Source: Geosiphon pyriformis uo1 (lineage: Eukaryota > Fungi > Glomeromycota). From it: a DNA stretch of 64,000 nucleotides. The stretch spans positions 744,001 to 808,000 of the forward strand of contig JAAOMT010000675.1 of assembly GCA_016748015.1 (NCBI GenBank), written 5' to 3'. Position 1 is the first letter of the stretch. Every line of letters begins with the position of its first letter. The notes under the pieces were generated by a model. The model saw only the letters and a program-made list of their open reading frames with translations, was not told where the DNA came from and did not search any database. The position numbers and the translations under genes are program-made. This document shows, piece after piece, positions 50,901 to 62,000 of the stretch.

Positions 50901-52643
50901 GTTTACCACAGTTGTGACAGACATACATCTCTGGCTGCCACTGCTGATTGGCCAATATTGAGAGATGCACTTGATTTTGGGAACGATTGTAGTTTCCTGG
51001 ATTGCTGTGTCATTGAGGTGGTTAATAAATTGCATGATTGTCAGCTAAGTATCTTTCTAATTTCTGATTAATTGAATTACTGAATTGTTTCAATTTGGAG
51101 TCCAATTCAGATGATCCATTCATTACTAGATTAATGGCTTGGGCATGGTTGGCCTTGGACTCAGCTGATTCAAAATTACTGGCATGTGTGACTGTATCTT
51201 GAAGGGTGCCTAGATGCAATGGGCATACATGTTGCAAGATGCTGCTGCACAGGCCACGGATAAACTGGTTGAGGATCTGTGGCACTGTGAAATAGTTGGC
51301 ATCAATTGCCTGGATCTGGCACAGATTTCTATGGAAGTGTTCCAGGTAAGTGGTGACTGCTTCAGTTTCTCCTTGCTTCATGGTGGTGAATGTATTGACT
51401 AGATGGTTAATACTGTTATTGTTGCTGAAATATTTTAAAAATTCCACTTTGAAGGCATTGAAGTCTTGTGGTTTATTGATCAAGCTCTAATACTATGAAT
51501 TGGCAGTATCTTTGAGAAAGTAGGGAATGGCTTGCATTGCTCAGGCATCATTCCATCCATTGGCTGTGATGGCTTTTTCCACATTGTTCAGCCATACTTG
51601 AGTGTCATCCTTTTTGCCGGTGAAATTATCCAGTTTCGCAATTTGTACATAGACCATTGAATCTAAGTTGGGTGGTTGTGGTGGTTGTTAAAGTGGTTGT
51701 TAATTTTGTTAAGGTGGTAGTTGAAGTGGCTGCTGTATGGATTCAGCTATTAGATCAATTGATGGTTGATCAATAACAATTACTGGAGGTAAGTTTGGTT
51801 GATTAATTGGATCAGGGTTTTGATTATCCTGAGTTAGCAGTATCTAAATATTCAGAGTTTCAACTTTCAGATTTACTGAATTTAAATTTTGCTGGTTTTG
51901 AAGATTCGGGTTTCAAATTTCAGGTTTTCAGTGATCGGGTTCTGGTAAGTGAATTCTTGATCCTCAGTTTCTTCTTCTTCCTCTTCTTCTGATTCCATTA
52001 CCTTCCATGGATCAGAGATTCCAAAATCTGGTGGAGATGGCAGTAATCAAATTCTTAACGGCATTGATGATTGTGATTTAAATTCCTCAAAATATTTGCT
52101 ATATGGTCCTAATAACTCTGCTTTTCTTTGTTTACTTTGGAATGAGAATCATCCAAATCTTGATGTCACATTTGGTGTGGACATACCTGCTGATGTAATA
52201 TTAATAGTGCTTCTGGGTATGTGATAATATGATGGATATGGTGGGGATTTAATTCTTTGTTTCTTCCAGATTGGTAGTTGTATCTTTTTAGGCATTACTG
52301 CTGGTGTTTGTAATCTTCCTTTATTTTTGTCTGTGTAAGTAATAGGAAATTGTTGTTGCACATATCTTTCAATGGTTTGATTAATTTCCCTGATGATTGA
52401 GACAAAACTGTGATTTCTTGGTAAGCTGGTGTGTTGAAATAATTCTGTATAGAAATTTTCTCTTGCTGATTCAATATTAATGATTCCTCCTAAACAGTCT
52501 GTGATTTTATTGTTGACATAATAGTTGAAGACTGATTCTGCTAGATAATGGTTGTTGTTTAGTTCTAACTGTTGGCTGTATTTTTGGAACAAGAATTTGG
52601 TGAATCCTAAGTGGTTGGCTCCTATAATTTCTAATTTTGCCAC
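44962..52643 (-). pseudogene. gag-pol: gag-pol of D (N-extension, CA, CHNCGKQGHIKANC knuckle ~50880-50920, PR, Cys-rich, dUTPase ~48250-48675, RT, RH, IN)
   Basis: ORF fragments 45369-52643 include LILDSGSAGS, FDLRY..ASRSNL..KIAQAIF, YLDD and TNGLVKRFN. Confidence 0.96.
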
Positions 52644-52683
52644 TGTTGATTAGTTGTTGGTGCTGGTTCTCTGTAGGATTATA

Positions 52684-52700
52684 CCTCACAGGGAGCACCA
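52684..52700 (-). promoter_or_regulatory. Primer-binding site of D (TGGTGCTCCCTGTGAGG)
   Basis: 2 nt from the LTR; complementary to a tRNA end CCTCACAGGGAGCACCA. Confidence 0.88.
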
Positions 52701-52702
52701 AA

Positions 52703-53555
52703 TGTTACAGATAATTCTTTGGGGCATTGAGTAAATAACAAACCCATAACTTGGTGCTCAAGATGATTGGTAACGATAATAATCTGAAGATATTTTATCT
52801 GAAGGTTTTCTAATTGAGTTCTTTGTATAATGGACAGAAATTCAATGGTAACAGTTTATCAGTAGTTTCCTGAAACTGTAGTTTTGTCGATTGCTTGCTC
52901 AGCTTGATGGTTGATGATTCTTTTGGTACAATATCCTCTGTAAGTGTATACCAGTGCTGTTTCTTGATGTCAGTTCCTCTGTAAGTCCTCCAAGAGTAAG
53001 TATTGTTTAAGCAAGTTTATTTCTCTGTAAGTCCTCCAAAAGTAAGTATTGTTTAAGTAAGTTTTATTCCTCATAAGTCCTCCAAGAATAATTCCTTTAA
53101 TCAAGTTAGTAAACAACAAAGAAAATAACAAAAAGATAAAAAAAAATAAATGAAAGATGAAATAAGCCAAGGCGATTTGCAAGTTAGTATTCCATCAATA
53201 GTCATGATCAAGAGCTATTGTTCCAGTAGAGTTAAGTATGAATTATTATCAACATGAGATGTTGATAATGAAAAGAAGTTTTGTAATATAGAATAATTAT
53301 TTATTGATGATTGTGTTTTGAGGCTAAGAATTTTGTGGTATCAATTTTTTTTTTCTGCTTTTAATGCTACTGCTATATATACATATTTGAGATTTCTCAA
53401 TTCCTCAATTTCTTGCAACAAAAATTCTGGAATTCCTGGAATCCTGTGAATTCTGATGAGAAAAATCTTGGAATTCCATATTTACTACGTCTACATCTGA
53501 TTGGCTAATATCTACTGACTAATAATACTATATTTTCTATATTCTATGAGTAACA
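52703..53555 (-). repeat. 5' LTR of element D (853 bp)
   Basis: TGTTAC/GTAACA termini; direct repeat of the 3' LTR. Confidence 0.95.
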
Positions 53556-54319
53556 ATGATAAAGAAAAGAGAAAGTAGTATTTAATAACAATTGGTTTTT
53601 GTTATATTGTTATTTAGAACAATATCTGATACTTTAACCAAAGAACAACTTGTGCAAAAGACATCCAAAATATATGAATAAGCCAATTTTTATTAATTTT
53701 AAACTCTATAACTTATTTGGAATTATTTGATTTGTGATTTATAAGAGTTGTTAATAAGTAAGATATATTGTATTTTTTATTGTCATAAACTTTAAATTTT
53801 TGTATTGCATTTATAAAGTTACAATTAAGAATAAATGCTGTTAGAAATTTCACTTTTAATAATTTTTTTTAGGTAATAATTAATAAATTTGCATATTTTA
53901 TAAAAAATCAAATTTTTTGAAAAATGTTATCTGAAATCTTTTGATATGTTAAAGCATATTTTTTAGTGTTGAGATCTAATAGATAATTGTATGTATTATT
54001 AAAAATAGTAAAAGTTATTTTGTATAAGTTTTTGGTACAGTTAATATTGACATGCCAATTATATCCTTAATGTTTTAATTTGGTATTCTAATAATTTTAA
54101 ATGTTAATCTTTTTTTTGGTTTGTATTAGCCATCAAATTTGCATTTAAAAGTGCAATATTTAATGCTATTATCTAGATATTGTTTTAATCTCTTTTGAAT
54201 AACTCCAAATCTTTGTTATTTACTATAAATTTTTATAATTACATTAACATCTTCTCATGTTTTAAAACTATAACTGGTGCAAAGTTTTATAGTTAAATAA
54301 ATATAAGAAAATCTGACAT
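53556..54319 (-). pseudogene. MULE/FAR1-type transposase relic, 5' part (FAR1 DNA-binding region and start of the MULE domain)
   Basis: Minus strand reads SYSFKTxEDVNVIIKIYSKxQRFGVIQKR..CTFKCKFDG and LIHIFWMSFAQVVLWLKY..IVLNNNITKTNCYxILLSLFFII, which joins NNNTRS across the TSD of D. Confidence 0.85.
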
Positions 54320-54373
54320 TAAATATGACTAAAATTATAATCAAAGATCTTATCTTTATTTAGGTTTCTAATT

Positions 54374-54545
54374 AAACCAAATCAAACCAAACTTTGGGTG
54401 TTGTTTAAGTTCAGTTTAAATTATAAACTGAACTTAAACTGAACCAATTTTTTAAAGTAAATTCGATTTAAGTTTGGCATTAAACTTTTTTGACAAGTCT
54501 AAGTTTGGTTTAAGTTTGGTTCAAAGTTCATAAACTTGTTTAAGT
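54374..54545. repeat. Cluster of AAACYRAAC-type direct and inverted repeats with a perfect 16-bp hairpin; probable DNA-transposon subterminal region
   Basis: gtttaagttcagttta (54403-54418) and taaactgaacttaaac (54424-54439), flanked by aaaccaaatcaaaccaaac and aagtttggtttaagtttggttc. Confidence 0.65.
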
Positions 54546-54759
54546 TCAATGAAATTAAAAAAAAATATAACTTGTATTATTTGTTTAATTACTATAATCA
54601 GTTAAAAAAATATATAAAACTATGCATGTATAACAATTCTACTTTCCAACTTACCAAAATAAATTCATTGTTGGTATTATTCAATATTACCAAAGTTTTA
54701 AAATTCGAAATAATAGAATTTAATAATCCAAATAGTCCAAATATTAATATATTTAGTAA

Positions 54760-54970
54760 ATATAGTTTTCAAAATAAAGTATGAGATTATTTTAATAAGT
54801 TTAAATAGACAAAAAAAAACAGCTAAATATATAGTCTTAAAATATGTGCATAAACTATTTTTCTATAAAACTATAGTATTACTAAACTCTTATGGCATTA
54901 TTTAGAAACTTTCTATTAAACAATATATATTATAATGAAAGAATATTATAAAAAAAGGCAAAATATTTAG
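54760..54970 (+). pseudogene. Probable BED zinc-finger (hAT-type transposase N-terminus) relic
   Basis: FQNKV*DYFNK (VWxYF with TGG>TGA), TAKYIVLKYVHK (Cys>Tyr by TGT>TAT), SITKLLWHYLETF (STxxLxxHL-like); frameshifted. Confidence 0.5.
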
Positions 54971-55341
54971 AAAGATTATAAGTCAATTAAAAAAATGTTT
55001 TAATAGTAAAATTGCTATTTTTTTTATGATTTTTGGCCAATCTAACTAGAAAACTGCTCTAGCTTTCTGTAGTAATTACTATTAACATTAATAATAAAAA
55101 ACTTTGTGATATAGTTACTATTTAGCTTATTAAACACCAGTAATCATTTTTTATAATAGAAAACTTCAAATTAATTAAAATATTCTAATATTTGAATTTT
55201 ACTTTTCAATTTGTTTGTATTGATACAATTAAAAATAGAATCATGAAACTTTATGTCTTAGATAGACAATAATTAAGAGTAAGTATTATTTTTATTATAA
55301 AATATTTTTTTTTTTATTTATATTTATAACATAATAGATAT

Positions 55342-56250
55342 TGTTACTTATAGAATATAGGAAGTATACTAGCATATAAATTAGCCAATCAAAAGTAGCT
55401 GTAATAAATGTGGAATTTCAGGATTCCTCTCAAAGAAATTGTAGAATTTCAGAAATTTCAGAATTCTCATACAAGAAATCACAGAATTCCAAGAATTTCA
55501 GGATTTTCATATAAGAAATTGCAGGATTCCAGAATTTTAGGATTCCTTTCAAAGGAATTGCAAGATTCCAAAAATTTCAGGATTTCTAATGTAAAGAATC
55601 AAAGAATTGAAGAATCTCAATTATGTATATATATCAGTAGCATTAAAAATAAAAAAGACAAACTTCTCAGTTTATATTTGATTTAAGCAACCTTCCATTC
55701 ACAAATATCAATAAATAATTATTCACTATCTCAATCCATTTTTCACTATCAACATTTCATGTTGATAAGAATTAATACTTAACCACTTTGGAACAATAAA
55801 TCTTGATTATGGCTATTGATGGGATACTAACATTTATTGTCTTGGCTTATTTCTTTATTTTCTTTATTTTATTTCTTTTCATTTTCTTTTGTTATTTTTT
55901 TTTGTTTTACTAATTGATTAAAGAGAAAAGTGCTAAATTATTGATGTCAAGGATAGCCTGGTAAAAGATCCCAAAGGAAGGGTATAACATTGAGAATTTA
56001 AAGATAGCTTATCAGAAAAGCATCTCTGTCAGATTACCAGCCACTATGCTAAGAAAAAAATTCAATAGAATTGCAATTCCGGGAGACTATTGAGAAGACA
56101 ATACTTGAATCTCTGTTCATTATACAAAGGATTCAACCAAAACCTTCAGACAAACAACACCTTCAAATTACTATCATTATGAATAGCTTCTGAGCATCAA
56201 GTTACAGGTTTTGTTATTTGATTTAAGACCCCAAATAAACACTTGTAATA
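55342..56250 (+). repeat. 5' LTR of element E
   Basis: TGTTAC...GTAATA; GGAATTCC-type array ~55410-55620; 3' half similar to LTR A. Confidence 0.92.
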
Positions 56251-56252
56251 TT

Positions 56253-56269
56253 TGGTGCTCTCTGTGAGG
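56253..56269 (+). promoter_or_regulatory. Primer-binding site of E (TGGTGCTCTCTGTGAGG)
   Basis: Matches the D PBS with one transition. Confidence 0.88.
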
Positions 56270-56312
56270 TATAATTCTACAGAGAACCAGCACCAACAAC
56301 AATAATTCAAAA

Positions 56313-57249
56313 GTGGCAGAATCAGAAATCATAGGAGCAAACCATTTAGGATTTACCAAATTTTTGTTTCAACAGTACAGCCAACAATTAAAATTAAACA
56401 ATAACCATTTTCCAGCAGAATCAGCCTTTAACTTTTATGTCAATGATAAAATTACAGACTGCTTAGGAGGAACAATTAACATTGAATTCACAAGAGAAAA
56501 TTTTTATACAGAATTATTTCAACATACCAGCTTACCAAGAAATTACAGTTTTGCACCAATTATCAGAAAAATCAATTAAACTATTGAAAGATACACCCAA
56601 CAACAATTCTCCATTACCTATACAGACAAAGGCAAAGAAAGATTGCAAACACCAGCAGTAACACCCAAAAAAATACAACCATTCACTTGGAAAAAAACCA
56701 GAGTTGAATTACTAACTAATCTATCATACTATTATACACCAGGAAGTGCCATTAATATCTCTTTAGCAGATGCATCCACATCAAATACAACATCAACCTT
56801 AGAACAATTTCCATTTCAAAATAAACAAAGAAGAACAGAGTTATTAAGACTATATGGCGAATATTTTGAAAGATTTAAATTACAATTACCAATGCTATTA
56901 GGACTTTGATTACCACCACTTCCATCAGACTTTGGAACAGCTAATTTATGGGAAGTAATAGAATCAGAAAAAGAGGAAGAAGAAGAAAGTGAAGATCAGG
57001 AATTTACTTACCAAAACCTGATCCTAAAAAATCTGGAAGTTGAAACTTTGAACATTCAAACCCAGCAAACTTAGAACAATCCAAACTCCGAAACAATTAA
57101 TTAGCAAAACTTACCTCCAGTAATTGTCATCAATTAACCACCAATTGAACTAATTATTGAATTGATTCAACAGCAGACACTTCAGCAATCTATTCAACAA
57201 TAACTTCAACCACTACCACCATAACAACAACAACAAATAACATATACAT
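56313..57249 (+). pseudogene. gag: gag N-terminal extension of E
   Basis: (V)AESEIIGANHLGFTKFLFQQY.. is closely similar to D 52149-52643; in frame to the degenerate capsid start at 57237. Confidence 0.9.
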
Positions 57250-57560
57250 TGTTACCGGAGGTTTTTGGTCTCTTTTCTTGAATGTTGTAACTGTCTGTTG
57301 GTTGCAAATTCACGTTTTCTAGAAGTAGTTGAACCTCCAGTAACTGAATTTATCTTCAAATTATTTCCTATAATTTGAACTGCTGGGCTTATAAGTAGAA
57401 TGATCAATTTTGTGCCAGTTGCTTTATGTAGTTACATTGTAGTAAATGTTAACTCTTTTCCAGGAATTGCTCATCTGGAAGCTCACTAAAATGTGTAGTT
57501 ACTTTGCTGTGAAAGTCAACTTTTCTACAGGAATCTTGTCTGTAGGCTACCTTAATGATT

Positions 57561-57592
<32 letters not shown>

Positions 57593-58230
57593 AAATGTAA
57601 AAAAATAGAATTCTGTCAAGGGAAACGTTTTTTATCCAGGCCTGGAGTCACTAACAGTTTTACTGAAATTGGTAGCTAATTAATTTCAAAACATTAGTTG
57701 GGTTTTGGGAATTTTCTAAGTACAATAATTAAAAAATTTGGTTTTTTGAATTATTTGATATTTATTTTTTTTTGTGTGTATAGAAATGGTTCTAAGTAAT
57801 AAATCTAAAATAAGATACATTTTCTCGAAAAGAGAAGCTCTTTTTTTATACAACTTGTTGTAACACTATTCTATGAACTTGAACTTTGCTCTTTTCTACA
57901 ATTTTGCTGAACTAAAGATATATTTTGGCAAACTACAAGTTATTTCTGTGAATTATTAGATATTTCGGTGAACTATCAATTATTTCAGGGAATTTCTACA
58001 AATTTCAGCGAACTTTTGAATGTTACATATTTTGGGGTATTGTATGATTAATCATTGCACTTAGGTTATATTTGTGTTATGTACAAATTGGGTTATTAAT
58101 TAAATGATAATTTTGGACATTTTGCTAATATAATAAGTGATAATTTAAAATAATAATATATGCTAATTAATGATAAGATTTATAAGGGTAATTTCATGCT
58201 AAACAATATCTCTAATTTCATCTGGTAACA
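57250..58230 (-). repeat. 3' LTR of element F
   Basis: TGTTAC/GTAACA termini; homologous to the B and C LTRs. Confidence 0.95.
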
Positions 58231-58918
58231 TAACCTCCTTCTCAAGACTGAGCTTCGTCAAAGTTCAAGTATTGTCTGTAATTTCCAGATAATAATCCAA
58301 AATTATTGAAGAAATTTGGTCTGAAAATTGTTAAAATTTCAGTTCTGTAAGCTTTCCAATGTATTGAATTTTCAAAGGCTGTAAAATTGGGTTTTGTTGG
58401 ACGTTTTCACAGGTGTGGAATAGGTCATAAAGTTTAAGAGCAGCTCTTAGTTTATAATGACTGTTTGTAGGTCCAGCTGTTGTCTTAAATTCATTGTGGA
58501 GTTGTTTCCGAATAGCTTCTTTTGTGAGATTTGCTGTTGTAAGCTCCCATTTTTGTTCGTAAAGTGTTTTTCCAATGTAGAAATATCTATATATTGGAGT
58601 GTAGTCATAGTTTTCTTTGTTAAGACACAGTTGAAGTTTTTGTTGAATAGTAGTATTTAGTAGAATACTAATAGAAGTAAGCATTAAGTTTTCTCTTAAA
58701 GCAAGCTTTAAAAGTTCTGGCAGGTGAATTCCAGAATAACTCCTTGTGTTCTTCTTATATGGGTGATATTTTTGTAAATTTGGGACTAAATTTGTAACTA
58801 CTTCTGTTTGGGTATAATTAATGTGGCTTCCAATAACAGTAATAGATAATTCGGGTATTGTTTTTAAAGCTAACATTAGTTTTTGAGATAATTGTTAAAT
58901 GTTTTGAGGAATAGTCAT
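58199..58918 (-). pseudogene. Accessory ORF3 of F (best-preserved family 2 copy)
   Basis: ORF 58331-58876 extends in frame to ATG 58918 (MTIPQNIxQLSQKLMLAL) and to TAG 58199 inside the LTR. Confidence 0.87.
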
Positions 58919-59038
58919 TATAAGAGATTTGAAAATAAAAGAAAATTATTTTTGGTGTATGAGTTTTTATTATTTTTGCTTTGTTTTTGTGAGATTGTTT
59001 CTAAATTATAAGGAGATAACTATAATAATAAATTTAAG

Positions 59039-62000
59039 TTAAGTGTTCAAGTTGGGAGGTTGTTCAATGACAACTATTGGTTCTAAATTTCGAAGAATAT
59101 CTTCGGAATTGATTAAAAGGGAATGTGTACCAATTTGTGGAATTAATAGTTTAGGATTGTTTCTGGAATTATAGTGTTTTAAACAATCTTCATGTGCAAC
59201 TTTTGCTAGGATTTTGTCATCAAGTCTTAGCTTGTATAATTCATTGCCTAGAATTTCATGGATAAAAAATGGTCCATCCTATTTATTTTCAAATTTTCCA
59301 CTTCATTGTTTTTCGGCTTTAGTTCTGTGTAAGAGAATTTTGTTTCCAATTTTAAATTTATTGGTGACTGGTGGCAATTTGTTGTCATGCTGTTCTTTTT
59401 GTTAAGCTTGGGAGTGTTCAATGTGGGTTGCTGCTATTTGTTGTTTTCCTTCCAATGTGCTAAGCAGAGTGTAGGCTCTTCATTGTAGTGTTTCTTAAAA
59501 GTTGTTTTCATTAATTGGCTGTACTGGGTATGTTTCTACTGTAAAACTAATTGGTAATATTGCTGTCCTTCCATAGGTTAAATCAAATGGTGTGTGTTTT
59601 GTGGTATCTTGTTTTAGTGTTCTATATGCTAGTAACACTGATAGAATAAAGATATTTTATTCCTGCTCAAAATCTGTTGAGACTTTGGCTAAAGATTCAC
59701 ACAATGTTCTGTTGAAATGTTCTACAAGTCTATTTGTTTGTGGATGGTAGGATGAAGATAATGGTCTTTTAACATTGAATTGTTCACAGATTTTTTGAAT
59801 TAGATTGTTTACAAAATGTGTTCCTTGATTGGATAAAAGTTCGATTGGGTATTTGTGTCTACAAATAATGTCTTCGTAAATGAAGTTTGCTACTGATTTT
59901 GCATCTGCTTGTTAAATGGCTCTGGCTTCAGGCTATTTGGTAAGATAATCTACAGCTATTATAATATAATGGTTTCCTTGGTTTGTAATAGGTAGTGGTC
60001 CGACTAAATTGATACCAACTTGGTCAAAAGGCTGTCCAACTTTGATTGGATTTAAAGATTCTGTAGGGCGAGTTCCTCCTCTTCTTTGACAATTATCACA
60101 AGATTTAACATATTCATGAATGTTATTTATCATTTAGGGCCAAAAGTAGTGTTCTAATGTTCTTTGAGTGGTGCTATCTTTTTCTAAATGTGCTGATAAA
60201 AGGTTTGAGTGCATGTTGTATAAGATAGTTTTCTTCTTATTTTCTTGTATTAATCTGAGTAGTTTGTCTAGGTTTCTGAAGTTTTGATAATAAATGGTGT
60301 TGTTGTGTAGAAAATATTGTTTGGTTTTTTGTTGTAATTGGTGTTTTTCATCTGAAGACCAATCTGTTGGAATTGTTAGTGTCTCCAAATATTGTTTAAG
60401 ATTGTTGTAGTTTTCAGGGTTCATTGTTTGTTGTTTTTGTTACTGCTAATTCAAATGGGTGTTGGTTTTGTGTTCTAATTTTGCCTCATTCTTGAGAGAC
60501 AATTAACATTGGTGTAGAGTTTTCCTGGTTTGTAATGTACAATGTATCAGTAGTTGGCTAAAAATCCTGTCCATCAGGTTTGTTTGGCATTCAGCTGAGT
60601 AATTTTGTTTTGAAGCCATTTGAGTCCAATATTATCAGTAATAATATTGAATTCTTTGGGTCTGAGGTAAAGGTTGAAGTGATGTAAGGCCCAGATTACT
60701 GTTGCAGTTTCTAATTCTGTTACAGGGTAGTTTTTTTTAGCTGGTTTCAATGTTCTGCTAGCATAAGCAATTACTCGCTTATTTCTATTGTCATTTAATT
60801 ATAATAAGATGGCACTAAAAGCAGTATAAGAGACATCTGTTGCTAACCGGAATTGGTTGCTGAAATCTAAATAGGCAAGAATTGGAGCTGTGGTTAGTTT
60901 TTCTTTGAGGATTTCAAATGCATTTTGGTGTTCAACAGTCTATTTTTATTCAATGTTTTTGGTGGTAAGCTGGTTGAGAAGTTTTGTGATTTCTGAGAAT
61001 CTTTTAATAAACTTCCGATAGTAGAAGGCTAACCCTATGAATCCTCTTAGTTCTGTAGTATTTTGAGGAGTTTTGAAGTTTTTAACAGTGCTGATTTTTC
61101 CAGAGTCTGGTTTGATTCCATCTTTACTAATAATGTGACCAAAAAAGACCAAGCTTATTTTTCCAAAGTAGCATTTTTTGATGTTGAGTTTCAGTTCTGC
61201 TTTTCGTAATTGTTAAAAGACTTCTCGCAAGTGTTTTAAGTGTAATTCGAATGATGGAGAATAAACATCAGTATTATCAAGCTAAACGACTACTGACTTC
61301 CAAAGAAGTCTTTTGTACACAATATCTATTAATCTCTGAAATGTTGCTGGTGCATTGCATAATCCGAAAGGCATTATATTGAATTCGTAGTTTCCTCCTT
61401 GGATTGTGAAGGCTGTTTTGGGACAATCTTTGGGGTCCATAGCAACTTGTCAGTATCCACTTTCTAGATCTAGTGTTGAAAAGTATTTGGTCTTTTCAAG
61501 GACATCCAACATATCATCAATTTGGGGAAGGGAATAGGCATCTTCAATGGTGACACTGTTGAGTTGTTGATAATCAACACAAAACTGTATCTTTCCATTT
61601 TTTTTTTTAACTAAGACCACAGATGAGGTCCATGAACTCATTGATGGTTGAATAAGCCCATTGTTGAGCATCTGTTATACTTCTTCATGGATAAATTAGT
61701 GACTTTCTGGAGCAACTTAGTAGGCTTGCTGTCACTTTGGTTTGGCATCTCCTGTGTAGATTTAATGTTGAACCAAATTGGTTCTTCCTAAGTTATTGTT
61801 GTTTTTGGCAAAAATATCGGCAAATTCTGCAATTAGCTTTTTGAGCTGGCTCTGTTGTTATAGTTCAAGTTGTCTCATGTTGATTCGAGATAGTTTTTCT
61901 ATGACAACATGGTAGTTTTCAGAGCTGGGGTTTGGGTTGATTTTTGGTAGTAAATGTCTAATAATTTCAGAAAAATCGGGGACTGTTTGGGGTAATTTTT

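Larger units (their letters stand above)
43310..53555 (-). mobile_element. Full-length Ty3/Gypsy element D (family 1)
   Basis: LTRs 43310-44265 and 52703-53555; perfect 4-bp TSD ATGA (43306-43309 and 53556-53559); PBS, gag-pol, ORF3, PPT. Confidence 0.97.
55342..57249 (+). mobile_element. 5' part of Ty3/Gypsy element E (family 1), interrupted by element F
   Basis: LTR 55342-56250, PBS 56253-56269, gag N-extension homologous to D, broken at the capsid start by the F LTR. Confidence 0.95.
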
